From Rubripirellula sp. (GTDB lineage Bacteria; Planctomycetota; Planctomycetia; Pirellulales; Pirellulaceae): 64,000 nt of DNA. Where the stretch lies: the NCBI GenBank assembly GCA_965216875.1, contig OZ244207.1, forward strand, positions 1,248,001 through 1,312,000. Reading direction: 5' to 3'. The position numbers and the translations under genes are program-made. Below the pieces are notes generated by a model. It was not told where the DNA came from. It ran no database searches and was given only the letters and a program-made list of their open reading frames with translations. Positions 38,627 through 48,439 of this stretch are shown piece by piece; position 1 is the first letter of the stretch; each line of letters starts with the position of its first letter.

Positions 38627-39178
38627 GTGGCTGATAAATCGGATCAAACAACTCTTGGTTATTACACGGTTGTCCAGGACGATCACACCGGATGGACTGG
38701 CGGGCTACTGCTGCTTAATCGCGCAGGACGACCGCTTGAGTTTCAGTGCACGCTTCCAGTGCGACCGACCAAAGCACACGAGATTCTGTTTGGGCCGACA
38801 CTGCGAGATCATTTGATTGGTGAAGTGATTGGCCCGTTGTTGGTGAAACGTTGCCGATTGCCGATCGCAATGTTGTGCTGTGACCAACCCGAAGCGCTTC
38901 AATTGGAAACTCGCATTCAAGTTCCGATCGCGTTGGTTTCGGAAGCGGCTGAGGGTGACGAAGGTCCAGTGACCGGAGACATGTTGACGGGGGCATCGAG
39001 TATCGAGCTTGCCGGCGCAACGCTGTGTGTACCGATGGAGGTTGCGGATCGAGCACGCGATATCGCGGGACGATTCGGCGACTTGCCTGATGCGGTCGAG
39101 CCTTTCGAGCGGATCCGCGAAGCGATTGCCGAGGCTCATTCGCAGCTTGCGCGGGCCCAAACGGCTCGCGCAGCTTAG
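38627..39178 (+). CDS. Conserved hypothetical protein upstream of the SNF2 helicase
   Basis: Alpha/beta ORF with GGLLLLNRAGRPLEFQCTLPVRP..EILFG and D.VEPFERIREAI motifs; start GTG 38627 or TTG 38606. Confidence 0.7.
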   Translation: MADKSDQTTLGYYTVVQDDHTGWTGGLLLLNRAGRPLEFQCTLPVRPTKAHEILFGPTLRDHLIGEVIGPLLVKRCRLPIAMLCCDQPEALQLETRIQVPIALVSEAAEGDEGPVTGDMLTGASSIELAGATLCVPMEVADRARDIAGRFGDLPDAVEPFERIREAIAEAHSQLARAQTARAA

Positions 39179-39212
39179 CGCTGGTTGCATCCGTCGATTG
39201 CGAGGCAAACGC

Positions 39213-40967
39213 ATGTGGCATCAAAAAGCTCCCAACTCAAGCAGCACTCAGGCTCAGCGGACCCTTACGGCCGAAATCGATCAATCGCACAGCTGGTGCG
39301 TTGACGACTTTGTGCCTGAGGATGTTGTCACGCTGCCGCTTGAAAAACTCGAGCCAAAGTCGCTTCCGATTCGGTTACCGAAGCTGAAGCCGCAAACCAC
39401 AGGCTTCCTCTTTCCCGAAGCCAACCAGTGGGTGCCGCCCAAACCGCCAGCGCCGCCCAAGAAGGCAACCGCCGCTGAAAAGAAGAAGCGTCGCGAACAG
39501 ATGAAGGAACTGTCGCGGCATCGAATCAAGCCACCCAACGACGTGGTCAAACTCCAGGACCGGTTGTATTACCTCTTGCAGCCACCGCTCGGCGTCTTGG
39601 TTGGTAGCGGGCAATTGAATTTTCCGTTCAACCCGTTTCCCTACCAATTGGACGGGATCGCCTTTATGTTCCCGCGTTACTCGGCCATCCTCGCTGATGA
39701 GATGGGGTTGGGTAAAACGATGCAGTGCATCAGCACGATTCGTTTGTTGCTCTGTAGCGGCGAGATCCGCAGTGTGCTTTTGGTCTGTCCCAAACCGCTG
39801 GTCACCAACTGGCTGCGCGAATTTTCCGTTTGGGCGCCCGAGATTCCGATTGCTGCGATCGAGGGCAATGCGAGTAAACGTGAATTCGCTTGGCGTTCGC
39901 CCGATGTTCCTGTGAAGGTCGCCAACTATGAGCTCTTGATGCGCGACAAGGACATCGTTCTTGATAGTGGGTTGCACTTCGATTTGGTGGCGTTGGACGA
40001 AGCCCAGCGAATCAAGAACCGCAATAGCACGACGAGTGAAATTGTGCGCTCGATTCCACGGACGCGATCATGGGCATTGACGGGAACGCCCGTCGAAAAT
40101 TCGCCGGACGACTTGGTGGGAATCTTTGACTTCCTGTCGCCAGGCTACTTGCGTACGGGGATGCCGATGGCCGAGATGGCCAAGCAGTCGCGCGACTACA
40201 TCATTCGCCGTACCAAAGACATGGTGCTTGATGACATGCCACCCAAGCTCTACCGCGATGCCGAACTCGACCTGACGCCCGAGCAATGGGCGACGTACGA
40301 ATCGGCCGAAAAGGAAGGAGTGATTCAGCTCGAGGAGTTGGACCAAGAGTTGACGATCCAGCACGTCTTTGAACTCGTTCTGCGGTTGAAGCAGATCTGC
40401 AATTTTGATCCCGCGACCGGTTCGAGCGCGAAGCTGGAACGGTTGGTTGCAGATATGGAAGAGGTGGCCGCAAGTGGCAAGAAGGCGATTGTTTTCAGCC
40501 AGTGGGTGGCAAGCGTCGAAAAGATGCGCCCGGCGCTCGAGCGATTCGGGCCGTTGGAATACCACGGAAAGGTGCCTCACAAGAAACGCGACGGTGTGAT
40601 TGATCGGTTCAAGAACGATCCCGATTGCAGCGTGATTCTGATGAGTTACGGCGCGGGCAGCGTTGGATTGAACCTTCAGTTCTGTGAGTACGTATTCTTG
40701 TTCGATCGCTGGTGGAACCCCGCGATTGAAGATCAAGCAATCAATCGTGCTCATCGGATCGGCGCCGCCGGTGCCGTGACGGTGACGCGTATGTTGGCAA
40801 TGAATACGATCGAACAGCGGATCGCGTCAGTGTTGGATCAGAAACGCGAAATGTTCGACGCTCTCTTTTCAGAAACGGGAGACGGCCCGGCGGCGGGTGG
40901 ACTAAGTCGTGACGAAATCTTCGGACTCTTCGACTTGCGTGCACCAGGCGGGAAGAAAGTCGCCTAG
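39213..40967 (+). CDS. SNF2-family DEAD/DEAH-box helicase
   Basis: LADEMGLGKT, LDEAQRIKN, ALTGTPVEN, LRLKQICN and GLNLQ..FDRWWNPAIEDQAINRAHRIG motifs. Confidence 0.93.
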   Translation: MWHQKAPNSSSTQAQRTLTAEIDQSHSWCVDDFVPEDVVTLPLEKLEPKSLPIRLPKLKPQTTGFLFPEANQWVPPKPPAPPKKATAAEKKKRREQMKELSRHRIKPPNDVVKLQDRLYYLLQPPLGVLVGSGQLNFPFNPFPYQLDGIAFMFPRYSAILADEMGLGKTMQCISTIRLLLCSGEIRSVLLVCPKPLVTNWLREFSVWAPEIPIAAIEGNASKREFAWRSPDVPVKVANYELLMRDKDIVLDSGLHFDLVALDEAQRIKNRNSTTSEIVRSIPRTRSWALTGTPVENSPDDLVGIFDFLSPGYLRTGMPMAEMAKQSRDYIIRRTKDMVLDDMPPKLYRDAELDLTPEQWATYESAEKEGVIQLEELDQELTIQHVFELVLRLKQICNFDPATGSSAKLERLVADMEEVAASGKKAIVFSQWVASVEKMRPALERFGPLEYHGKVPHKKRDGVIDRFKNDPDCSVILMSYGAGSVGLNLQFCEYVFLFDRWWNPAIEDQAINRAHRIGAAGAVTVTRMLAMNTIEQRIASVLDQKREMFDALFSETGDGPAAGGLSRDEIFGLFDLRAPGGKKVA

Positions 40968-40986
40968 GCCCGATCCGGCTCTCTCG

Positions 40987-41015
40987 ATAGTCGCCTTTCG
41001 CGCTGCGAAAGTAGC
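40987..41015. repeat. Single GTCGCCTTTCGC..GCGAAAGTAGC repeat copy
   Basis: Matches the left arm of the repeat starting at 32704. Confidence 0.7.
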
Positions 41016-41267
41016 GTCCCTATACGCCTCGGTCGCGAAGCAAGAAGCGACTCGAGCGAAACTCGACGCCAAAAGCCCCCTGTCTCTTTGCGAGGCCGGA
41101 CTCTGCGGGCGATCGATACCTCGAATGTCTGCTGAGTCGCGTACCGAAGCGCGAAAAAACTTCTCTGCCGAAGGTTTTCCGAGGTGGCAATGCACCCCCA
41201 CCTTGTTTGGTTTCGGCTAAGATTAACCGAGTCATTTCTTGGACCCGACAGGACGTAAAAGCTGCTG

Positions 41268-42272
41268 ATGAGTAACACCGTAGAATCGATGCAGGCCCAA
41301 GCCGAAGAGTTTCGCGACCGATACACAGCTGTCCGCGACATGATTGGACGTGTGATCGTTGGTCACGACGACATTGTGCACGGTGTGTTGACGGCCATGC
41401 TTTGCGGCGGACACTGTTTGCTCGAAGGTGTACCGGGCCTCGGCAAGACGATGTTGGTTCGCACGCTGGCTGAGGTGATGGATTTGAATTTCAATCGGAT
41501 TCAGTTCACGCCCGACTTGATGCCGGCTGACATCCTGGGAACCAACATGATCGTCGAAGACGAAGATGGTCGACGCCGGTTCGAATTCCAACAGGGACCT
41601 GTCTTCACCCAGATCCTGCTTGCTGACGAAATCAACCGAGCGACGCCCAAGACTCAGTCGGCGATGCTCGAAACGATGCAAGAAGGAACGGTCACTGCGG
41701 CGGGGACTCGCTTCGAACTCGATAAGCCGTTCTTTGTGCTGGCGACCCAGAACCCCATTGAGCAAGAGGGGACTTACCCGCTGCCCGAGGCGCAACTTGA
41801 CCGCTTCCTGTTCAAGCTTGTCGTGGGCTACAGCAGTCGTGAAGACTTGAATACGATCGTCGATCGCACCACGCGTGGTGAAAAGATCGAGCTCGAAAAA
41901 GTGATGGAAGGCAACGAGATCCTTAAGTGGCAAGCCTTGGTGCGTGAAGTCATCCTTGCGCCGCACGTGCAAGATTATTTGGTGCGGCTGAATCTGGGGA
42001 CCCATCCTGATGGGCCTCATTCGGTTGATGCCACCAACAAGTACGTGCGTTGGGGGGCCAGTCCTCGTGGTGCTCAAACGTTGGCGCTCGCATCGAAGGT
42101 GCGTGCACTCTTGGAAGGACGCTACAACGTCAGTTTCGAAGATGTGCGTCGGGTCTTCCTGCCAGCGATGCGACATCGTGTCTTGCTCAATTTTGAGGCT
42201 CAGGCTGAAGGCGTTGATCCAGATCAAGTGTTGCTAGACATCCTCGAAAAGGTCCCTGAAAAGGCGGACTGA
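41268..42272 (+). CDS. moxR: MoxR-family AAA+ ATPase
   Basis: LEGVPGLGKT, RIQFTPDLMPAD, LADEINRATPKTQSA and ATQNPIEQEGTYPLPEAQLDRF motifs. Confidence 0.93.
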   Translation: MSNTVESMQAQAEEFRDRYTAVRDMIGRVIVGHDDIVHGVLTAMLCGGHCLLEGVPGLGKTMLVRTLAEVMDLNFNRIQFTPDLMPADILGTNMIVEDEDGRRRFEFQQGPVFTQILLADEINRATPKTQSAMLETMQEGTVTAAGTRFELDKPFFVLATQNPIEQEGTYPLPEAQLDRFLFKLVVGYSSREDLNTIVDRTTRGEKIELEKVMEGNEILKWQALVREVILAPHVQDYLVRLNLGTHPDGPHSVDATNKYVRWGASPRGAQTLALASKVRALLEGRYNVSFEDVRRVFLPAMRHRVLLNFEAQAEGVDPDQVLLDILEKVPEKAD

Positions 42273-42423
42273 GTTTTTTCTTGGCAATCAACAGTAGATG
42301 CATCGTGCTTGTGAGAGCGAAGAGGTGCGTTTACGAGCGGGAATGAGGCTTGAAGTGAAGGTCCGCTCGACCTAGATTGAATCTTGTCGATCGAAATGCT
42401 CGCCTTATTCAAGTGGGAAGGTT

Positions 42424-45180
42424 GTGGCAACTTCAGATGCTGGGCATCCGTTGAGTTTCGTCGGGGTGGGCACCGAAGAGCTGCTTACCACGCTGATCAA
42501 TTCAGCGAACCATCTCGTTTGGTGCACTTCACTCGACGGCCAAACGCTGCTCTACACGAACCCCGTTGCCGAACGCATCTACGGGCGTCCTCTCTCGGAC
42601 TTGCTCAGCCAAAAGGATTACTGGATTGAAGCGATTCATCCTGATGATCGGCATGCGGTGATCGAGAATCTCAAGTCGCTCGGCAAACAACAGCAGATTG
42701 AGCACGAGTACCGTATCGTCCGTCCCGACGGTTCGGTGGCATGGCTTCACGATCGAATCAGTATCGTTTGTGATGCCGGTGGCAACGCGATCTATGTTGG
42801 TGGGATCGGTACCGACATCACCGCCATTCGTGAATCCGAGGCTCGGTACAGTTCTCTTGTCGAAAACCTGCCGCTGCATGTGTTGCGCAAAGATCGTGAC
42901 GGCAAAGTTTTGTTTGGGAACCAACGCTATTGCGAAGCAATCGGGTTGCCGCTCGAGGAGTTGGTTGGCAAGACCGATTTTGATCTCTTCCCTAACGACC
43001 TTGCGAGTAAATATCGCGACGACGATTTGAGAGTGATCGAAACGGGACGCGTTTTCAACGACGTTGAAGCGCATCAGACACCGGATGGTCGACGCGTGTA
43101 CGTCGAAATATTCAAAGGTCCGATCAAAGACTCGTTTGGCAACAATGTCGGCGTCCAGGTGATGTATTGGGATGTGACGCGGCGCAAGCAAGCTGAAGAG
43201 GAAGTGCGTCACGCCAAAGAGCTGGCTGAGGCAGCGAATGAAGCGAAAGGCCAGTTCTTGGCGAACATGAGCCATGAAATCCGGACGCCGATGAACGGGA
43301 TCGTCGGGATGACCGAGTTGCTTCTTGCGACGCAGCCGACCGACGAGCAGCGCAACTACATGATGATGGTGAAACAGTCCGCTGATTCGCTGTTGCGATT
43401 GCTAAACGATATCCTCGATTTTTCAAAGATTGAAGCGGGCAAGCTCGATCTCGAACAAACCGTTTTCAGCCTCCGCGACTGTATCGGTCAAACACTGAGG
43501 ACGTTGGGACAACGTGCGGGTGAAAAAGGAATCGAACTTGTCTACGACGTTGCTTCCGAGTTACCCGACGTGTTGTCCGGAGACGCCGGACGGCTTGGTC
43601 AAATCTTGCTGAACCTGGCTGGCAACGCGGTCAAGTTTACCGAGCGCGGCGAGATCGCGATTGATGTTCGGCCCCAACAGATCGATGGCAAGTCGGTTTG
43701 TCTGCACGTTTCTGTTCGCGATACGGGAATTGGGATTCCTGAATCGAAACGGGAGCACATTTTTGAATCGTTTAGTCAAGTCGATGCGTCGACGACGCGT
43801 CGCTTCGGTGGTTCGGGGCTCGGATTGGCGATTTCAAGCCAGCTCGTTCAGTTGATGGGCGGCAGCATCTGGGTAGAAAGTCGTGTTGGGGTTGGGACGA
43901 CGTTTCATTTCACCGCCGAGTTTGTCGTCGCTGATGAAGGACACCATGATTCGGTGGATAGCGACCGCCTCGATCAGTTTCGCGTGCTTGTTGTTGATGA
44001 CCACCCGCAAAGCCGCATCAACCTCTCTCGGTTGTTGTCGGATTGGGGATTCAACGTTGTGGCCGTCGAGTGTGCGGGCCAAGCACTTGGGATGCTTCGA
44101 GAGAGTGCCAATGCCAACCGAGCGTTCGATGTGGTTTTGATCGATCGCTGGATGCCGGATGTCGACGGACTCGATCTGGCTGGCCAGATTCGCAGTGATG
44201 CGCAGATTGCCGGATGCAAGCTGGTGGTGCTTTCGATGGGCACCTCTGTCGGTGACATGGAAGTTTGTCGTCAGCTTGAGATTGGACGGTACCTTCAAAA
44301 ACCGGTCGTTCACCACGAGTTGCATGAGACACTGTTGCAATTGCTCGGGCTGCGCCCTGACTCGAACGCGACGTGGGATGGATCAGATGAGCGTCGCAGC
44401 GTTCCGCTAAAGATTCTGCTTGCCGAAGATGGCGAGGTGAATCAGCAGGTGGCGGTCGGTCTTCTGGAGCAGCGTGGGCATCAGGTGGTGGTTGCCTGTG
44501 ACGGTGCAGCCGCGGTCGACGCGTATGAATCAGGTCAATTCGATCTGGTGCTGATGGATGTTCAAATGCCAACGATGGATGGTTTCGCCGCAACGGAGCG
44601 AATCCGGCAACTGGAACAGCAACAGGGCAACCGGACACCAATCATTGCCATGACGGCAAGTGCCATGAAAGGTGATCGCCAGCGATGTCTCGAGGCTGGC
44701 ATGGACGATTATGTCTCCAAGCCGGTTCGACCCGCGAAGTTGTTTGATGCGATTGGGCGTTGCGTGTTTAACAGCACGGTTTCGCATCCGCAATCACAAG
44801 AGGAGCGACCGAGTGAGACGCACGATCTTGACGAGACGGTCGAGTCCGATGACGTGCTCGATCTCGTCGCAGCACGTGAGTTATGTGGTAACAATGATTC
44901 TCGCCTGCAACTGTTAGCTGAGACGCTGCTGAGCGAGGCGAGTGAAATCGTTCCACAGATCAAGGAAGCGATGGCCGACCAGGACTGGCCCGTTGTCCAG
45001 CGTTTGTCCCACACCTTGAAGGGTTCTGCAGCGGTCTTCGGCGCACAACGCGTTGTCGACGCATCGTGGGAATTGGAACATCATTGCCAGAGCAGCCCGG
45101 CCGAAAATGATGAGCGATTCGTGGAACTTGAAATCGCGGCTGACCGTTTGGTCAAAGCGCTCGCGCTCCTGGTGCGATGA
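42424..45180 (+). CDS. Cytoplasmic hybrid sensor kinase PAS-PAS-HisKA-HATPase-REC-REC-HPt
   Basis: IHPDDR and EYRIVRPDG (PAS); FLANMSHEIRTPMNG; DTGIGI and GGSGLGL; two receivers; SHTLKGS (HPt). Confidence 0.93.
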   Translation: MATSDAGHPLSFVGVGTEELLTTLINSANHLVWCTSLDGQTLLYTNPVAERIYGRPLSDLLSQKDYWIEAIHPDDRHAVIENLKSLGKQQQIEHEYRIVRPDGSVAWLHDRISIVCDAGGNAIYVGGIGTDITAIRESEARYSSLVENLPLHVLRKDRDGKVLFGNQRYCEAIGLPLEELVGKTDFDLFPNDLASKYRDDDLRVIETGRVFNDVEAHQTPDGRRVYVEIFKGPIKDSFGNNVGVQVMYWDVTRRKQAEEEVRHAKELAEAANEAKGQFLANMSHEIRTPMNGIVGMTELLLATQPTDEQRNYMMMVKQSADSLLRLLNDILDFSKIEAGKLDLEQTVFSLRDCIGQTLRTLGQRAGEKGIELVYDVASELPDVLSGDAGRLGQILLNLAGNAVKFTERGEIAIDVRPQQIDGKSVCLHVSVRDTGIGIPESKREHIFESFSQVDASTTRRFGGSGLGLAISSQLVQLMGGSIWVESRVGVGTTFHFTAEFVVADEGHHDSVDSDRLDQFRVLVVDDHPQSRINLSRLLSDWGFNVVAVECAGQALGMLRESANANRAFDVVLIDRWMPDVDGLDLAGQIRSDAQIAGCKLVVLSMGTSVGDMEVCRQLEIGRYLQKPVVHHELHETLLQLLGLRPDSNATWDGSDERRSVPLKILLAEDGEVNQQVAVGLLEQRGHQVVVACDGAAAVDAYESGQFDLVLMDVQMPTMDGFAATERIRQLEQQQGNRTPIIAMTASAMKGDRQRCLEAGMDDYVSKPVRPAKLFDAIGRCVFNSTVSHPQSQEERPSETHDLDETVESDDVLDLVAARELCGNNDSRLQLLAETLLSEASEIVPQIKEAMADQDWPVVQRLSHTLKGSAAVFGAQRVVDASWELEHHCQSSPAENDERFVELEIAADRLVKALALLVR

Positions 45181-45207
45181 GTCCAGCGGCGCGATGGATC
45201 GCGTTCT

Positions 45208-45316
45208 CACACTCTCCTTTGGGAGAGTCGGGCTCTAAGGCCCGGAGAGGGGCTTTTGCAACGGTTATTCCCTTCCCCGGACTTTGCGTCCGACCCTCCC
45301 GCAAGCGGGAGGGTGA
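45208..45316. repeat. CCCTCTCC/GGGAGAG-type repeat pair
   Basis: Inverted counterpart of the cluster at 7892-7990. Confidence 0.8.
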
Positions 45317-45340
45317 TTGATGGTGGGAACGAAACTCCAA

Positions 45341-45871
45341 TCAGCGGCACTCGTCGGCTGCAAGATCCGCTCGATAGCGTCGACCTCGTTCGACATAGCT
45401 ATTGGCTGCGTGTCGAATCATAGCGATCTGCTCGTCCGTGACCTCGGCGACGACCTTTGCCGGGCTACCAAGGATCAAGGATCCTGCGGGGAACGATTTG
45501 CCTTCGGTCACCAACGCACCGGCGCCAACAATTGAATTCTTTCCGATCGAGGCGCCGTTGAGCACGATTGCTTGCATGCCGATAAGGGTGTCTTCGTCGA
45601 TCGAGCAGCCGTGAAGGGTCGCTTGGTGGCCGACGGTCACGCGTGCTCCGAGGGTCATCGGATAACCCGGATCGGTGTGAAGGACGGCGTTGTCCTGGAC
45701 GTTTGCTCGGGCGCCGATTTCAATCAATTCATTGTCGCCACGAATGACAGCACCAAACCAAACACTGCTTTCGGGGCCAAGTGTGACGTTGCCGATGATG
45801 GTCGCAGTGTCAGCAATGTAACAGTCCTTATCAACGCGGGGACTCTGGTCGCCAAGTTTGTACAGCGACAT
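45341..45871 (-). CDS. Gamma-carbonic anhydrase family (PaaY/YrdA-like) protein
   Basis: SVWFGAVIRGD, NVQDNAVLH and VTVGHQATLHGC hexapeptide repeats. Confidence 0.9.
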   Translation of the reverse strand: MSLYKLGDQSPRVDKDCYIADTATIIGNVTLGPESSVWFGAVIRGDNELIEIGARANVQDNAVLHTDPGYPMTLGARVTVGHQATLHGCSIDEDTLIGMQAIVLNGASIGKNSIVGAGALVTEGKSFPAGSLILGSPAKVVAEVTDEQIAMIRHAANSYVERGRRYRADLAADECR

Positions 45872-45954
45872 GTCGGATTCCGTTTCGGTGAGTGGGTTGG
45901 TCGGTCGTCAGGTCGGATAGAATGTCGCTGACGTTCAATGAAGAGGATCGAAAG

Positions 45955-47160
45955 ATGAAGCAAATCATACTGGCTGTTGGAATCTTTTTCGCCCTACTGG
46001 TTCCCGGCGCTGCCCAAGCCCAATTCAGTCAAAAACAACTTGGCCAATGGTTGAAGCGTTTTCCTCAGGCCGACACCAACGGCGATGGAAAACTATCCGC
46101 CCAGGAAGCCAACGCGTTTCGCAAGAAGCTGTCTGGCAATCGACAGCGTGGCGGAGGAGTGCCACGGGAGTTTCCTGTCGATCCGGGCTGGGATGCCGAT
46201 GCGTTCCCAGAGCACGCGATTTGTTATCTCGATCCCGAGGAGATCGCAAACGCGTTTGGATGGGTGAAACGCGGCAATGAAATGGCCATCACCCGGTACG
46301 ACAAACCAGCGGACGATTCATTGCGTATCGTTGCGACGGGCCATAGTTTCATGGCGCCTGGTTTCGCGACCTTTCCAAAAATTGCAAAGGCGGCTGGTCT
46401 GCAACAACCGCCACTGTTGACGCATACTGGCGGCGGCATCACCGGAAGTGCTCGCTACAAGTGGGAACAAGAGAACGGCATCTTTCAGTTCGATAAGAGG
46501 CCCACGCCAAAGTTGCTCGCGTCGATCTGCAATGCTCATTGGGACGCGATGATGTGGGGCCCCTACTACAAGGACCGACCCGAATACTATGCGTGTTGGA
46601 TTGACTTCTGTTTGAAGTACAACCCCGACATGAAGTTCTATTTGGCCGATGCGTGGCCTCAACTCGAGCAACTTGCGTCGACACCGAGCGACGAATCGGA
46701 ATTGACGACCGAGGTCGTTGCGCGTCTCGGGCAGGAGCGGTTTGCAGAAAACGAAAAGCTCATCAATACACTGAACGAGAAATATCCGGATCGCGTCTTT
46801 GTGCTGCCAACTTGCGAAGCCATGGTTTTAGCTGTGGACTACTACCATCAGGGCAAGCTGCCAGGAATAGAAGGAATCCATACAGCGGTTGGCAAAAAGC
46901 AACGATCACTTTGGCGAGACCGGCTCGGCCATCTTGGCCCAGGTTTGGGACAGCTCGAGGGCTACGTCTTTTACGCAACGATGTATGGGCGCTCGCCTGA
47001 ATTGATCGGTGACGAGATCGAGTTCTCACGATCAGGTTACCCAAGCCCTGATCTTGATCGGGTGTTTCGTAAGATTGCGTGGGAAGCGGTGCTGAAGAAC
47101 CCGCTTTCGGGTGTCACGGACGAAGATGGAAATCAGATCGGTGATCGTTTTGAAGATTGA
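45955..47160 (+). CDS. Exported protein with EF-hand loop and SGNH-like domain
   Basis: Signal peptide; DTNGDGKLSAQE; VATGHSF and RDRLGH motifs. Confidence 0.6.
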   Translation: MKQIILAVGIFFALLVPGAAQAQFSQKQLGQWLKRFPQADTNGDGKLSAQEANAFRKKLSGNRQRGGGVPREFPVDPGWDADAFPEHAICYLDPEEIANAFGWVKRGNEMAITRYDKPADDSLRIVATGHSFMAPGFATFPKIAKAAGLQQPPLLTHTGGGITGSARYKWEQENGIFQFDKRPTPKLLASICNAHWDAMMWGPYYKDRPEYYACWIDFCLKYNPDMKFYLADAWPQLEQLASTPSDESELTTEVVARLGQERFAENEKLINTLNEKYPDRVFVLPTCEAMVLAVDYYHQGKLPGIEGIHTAVGKKQRSLWRDRLGHLGPGLGQLEGYVFYATMYGRSPELIGDEIEFSRSGYPSPDLDRVFRKIAWEAVLKNPLSGVTDEDGNQIGDRFED

Positions 47161-48351
47161 TTGACCGAAAGTGTAGGCATGGATGTAGAAAGACTGCGCG
47201 GTGAAACGCCGGCGACGTCAGCTTTGGTTCATTTGAACAATGCCGGGGCATCCCTGATGCCTCAGCCGGTCGTGGACGAAGTGACCAGCTACCTCCGTCT
47301 CGAAAGTGAAATCGGCGGTTACGAAGCTGCAGCGTTTCGAGCGGCCGATATACGCGTTGCCTATCGTCAAGTTGCGAATCTGATTGGAGCCCAGCCGCAT
47401 AACGTCGCGTTCACTGAAAATGCCACCGTTTCGACGGCACAAGTGCTGTCGGCGATTCGGTGGAACCGAGGCGATACGATTGTCACAACGCGGAACGACT
47501 ACGCGTCGAATCAGATTCAGTTCCTCGCGTTGCAAAAGCGTTTCGGTATCCGCGTTTTGCGGGCCGAGGATCGAGCGACTGGTGGCGTTGATGTTTCATC
47601 GCTTGACGACTTGGTCGCAAAGCACCGTCCCAAGCTTGTTTGCGTGACGCACATTCCGACAAACACCGGAATGGTTCAGGATGTGGTGGGGGCCGGTCAA
47701 ATATGCAAACACCATGACGTTCCGCTGTTGGTCGATGCATGCCAATCGATTGGCCAAATGCCAGTTGTGGTCGGCGAGATTGGCTGCGATTTTCTTTCTG
47801 CCAGCTCGCGGAAGTTTCTACGAGGACCACGCGGCTGCGGCTTTCTTTACGTTTCCGACCGCGCCCTTGAAGCGGGTCTCGAGCCGTTGTTCATCGACAT
47901 GCACGGAGCAAATTGGGTCGATGCGGATCGATACGAACCTACGGCCGATGCGAGTCGTTTCGAGAATTGGGAGTTCGCTTGGGCATTGGTGTTGGGGACG
48001 GGAGTGGCGGCAGACTATGCCACTTCGATTGGGCTCGATGCCATCGAAGGCCGGATTCGGTTGCTTTCGCAATACCTGCGCAAGGAGTTAGATCAATTTC
48101 CACGAGTACGGTTGCTGGATCGAGGCGAACGTTTGTCGTCCGTGGTTTCGATCGAGGTTGAAGGAGTCGACCCAGATTGGTTGGTGACGCGGTTGCGCAC
48201 AGAGAAGATCAACACGTCAGCGCAAAAAAGGGTCTACGCCGTGATTGATTTTGATGCCAAAGGTGTCGAAAAGTCGTTGCGTCTCTCACCACACTACTTC
48301 AACACGGTTGAGGAGATCGATCGGGTGGTTGCAGTGCTGAAGCAAGCGTGA
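47161..48351 (+). CDS. Class V PLP-dependent aminotransferase / C-S lyase-like enzyme
   Basis: HLNNAGAS, LVDACQSIG, SSRKFLRGPRG (PLP lysine) and LRLSPHYFNT motifs; start TTG 47161 or ATG 47179. Confidence 0.85.
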   Translation: MTESVGMDVERLRGETPATSALVHLNNAGASLMPQPVVDEVTSYLRLESEIGGYEAAAFRAADIRVAYRQVANLIGAQPHNVAFTENATVSTAQVLSAIRWNRGDTIVTTRNDYASNQIQFLALQKRFGIRVLRAEDRATGGVDVSSLDDLVAKHRPKLVCVTHIPTNTGMVQDVVGAGQICKHHDVPLLVDACQSIGQMPVVVGEIGCDFLSASSRKFLRGPRGCGFLYVSDRALEAGLEPLFIDMHGANWVDADRYEPTADASRFENWEFAWALVLGTGVAADYATSIGLDAIEGRIRLLSQYLRKELDQFPRVRLLDRGERLSSVVSIEVEGVDPDWLVTRLRTEKINTSAQKRVYAVIDFDAKGVEKSLRLSPHYFNTVEEIDRVVAVLKQA

Positions 48352-48439
48352 TGGTCTTCGTGAGGGTGAGGCTTCCGCCGAACTGGGGCTCGGCAACCGC
48401 CGAACTGGCTGCCGGCTCCGCAGGAGCGTCGCCCGCCCG

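Noticed and set aside
47161..48351. Selenocysteine lyase/SufS linked to the selenoprotein
   Set aside because: It lacks the catalytic Cys motif and lies ~35 kb away; nothing supports a link.
48361..48436. Degenerate inverted pair GAGGGTGAGGCTTCCGCCGAAC...GGCTCCGCAGGAGCGTCGCCC
   Set aside because: Probably another REP-like remnant between convergent genes, but it occurs only once in the window, so it was not called.
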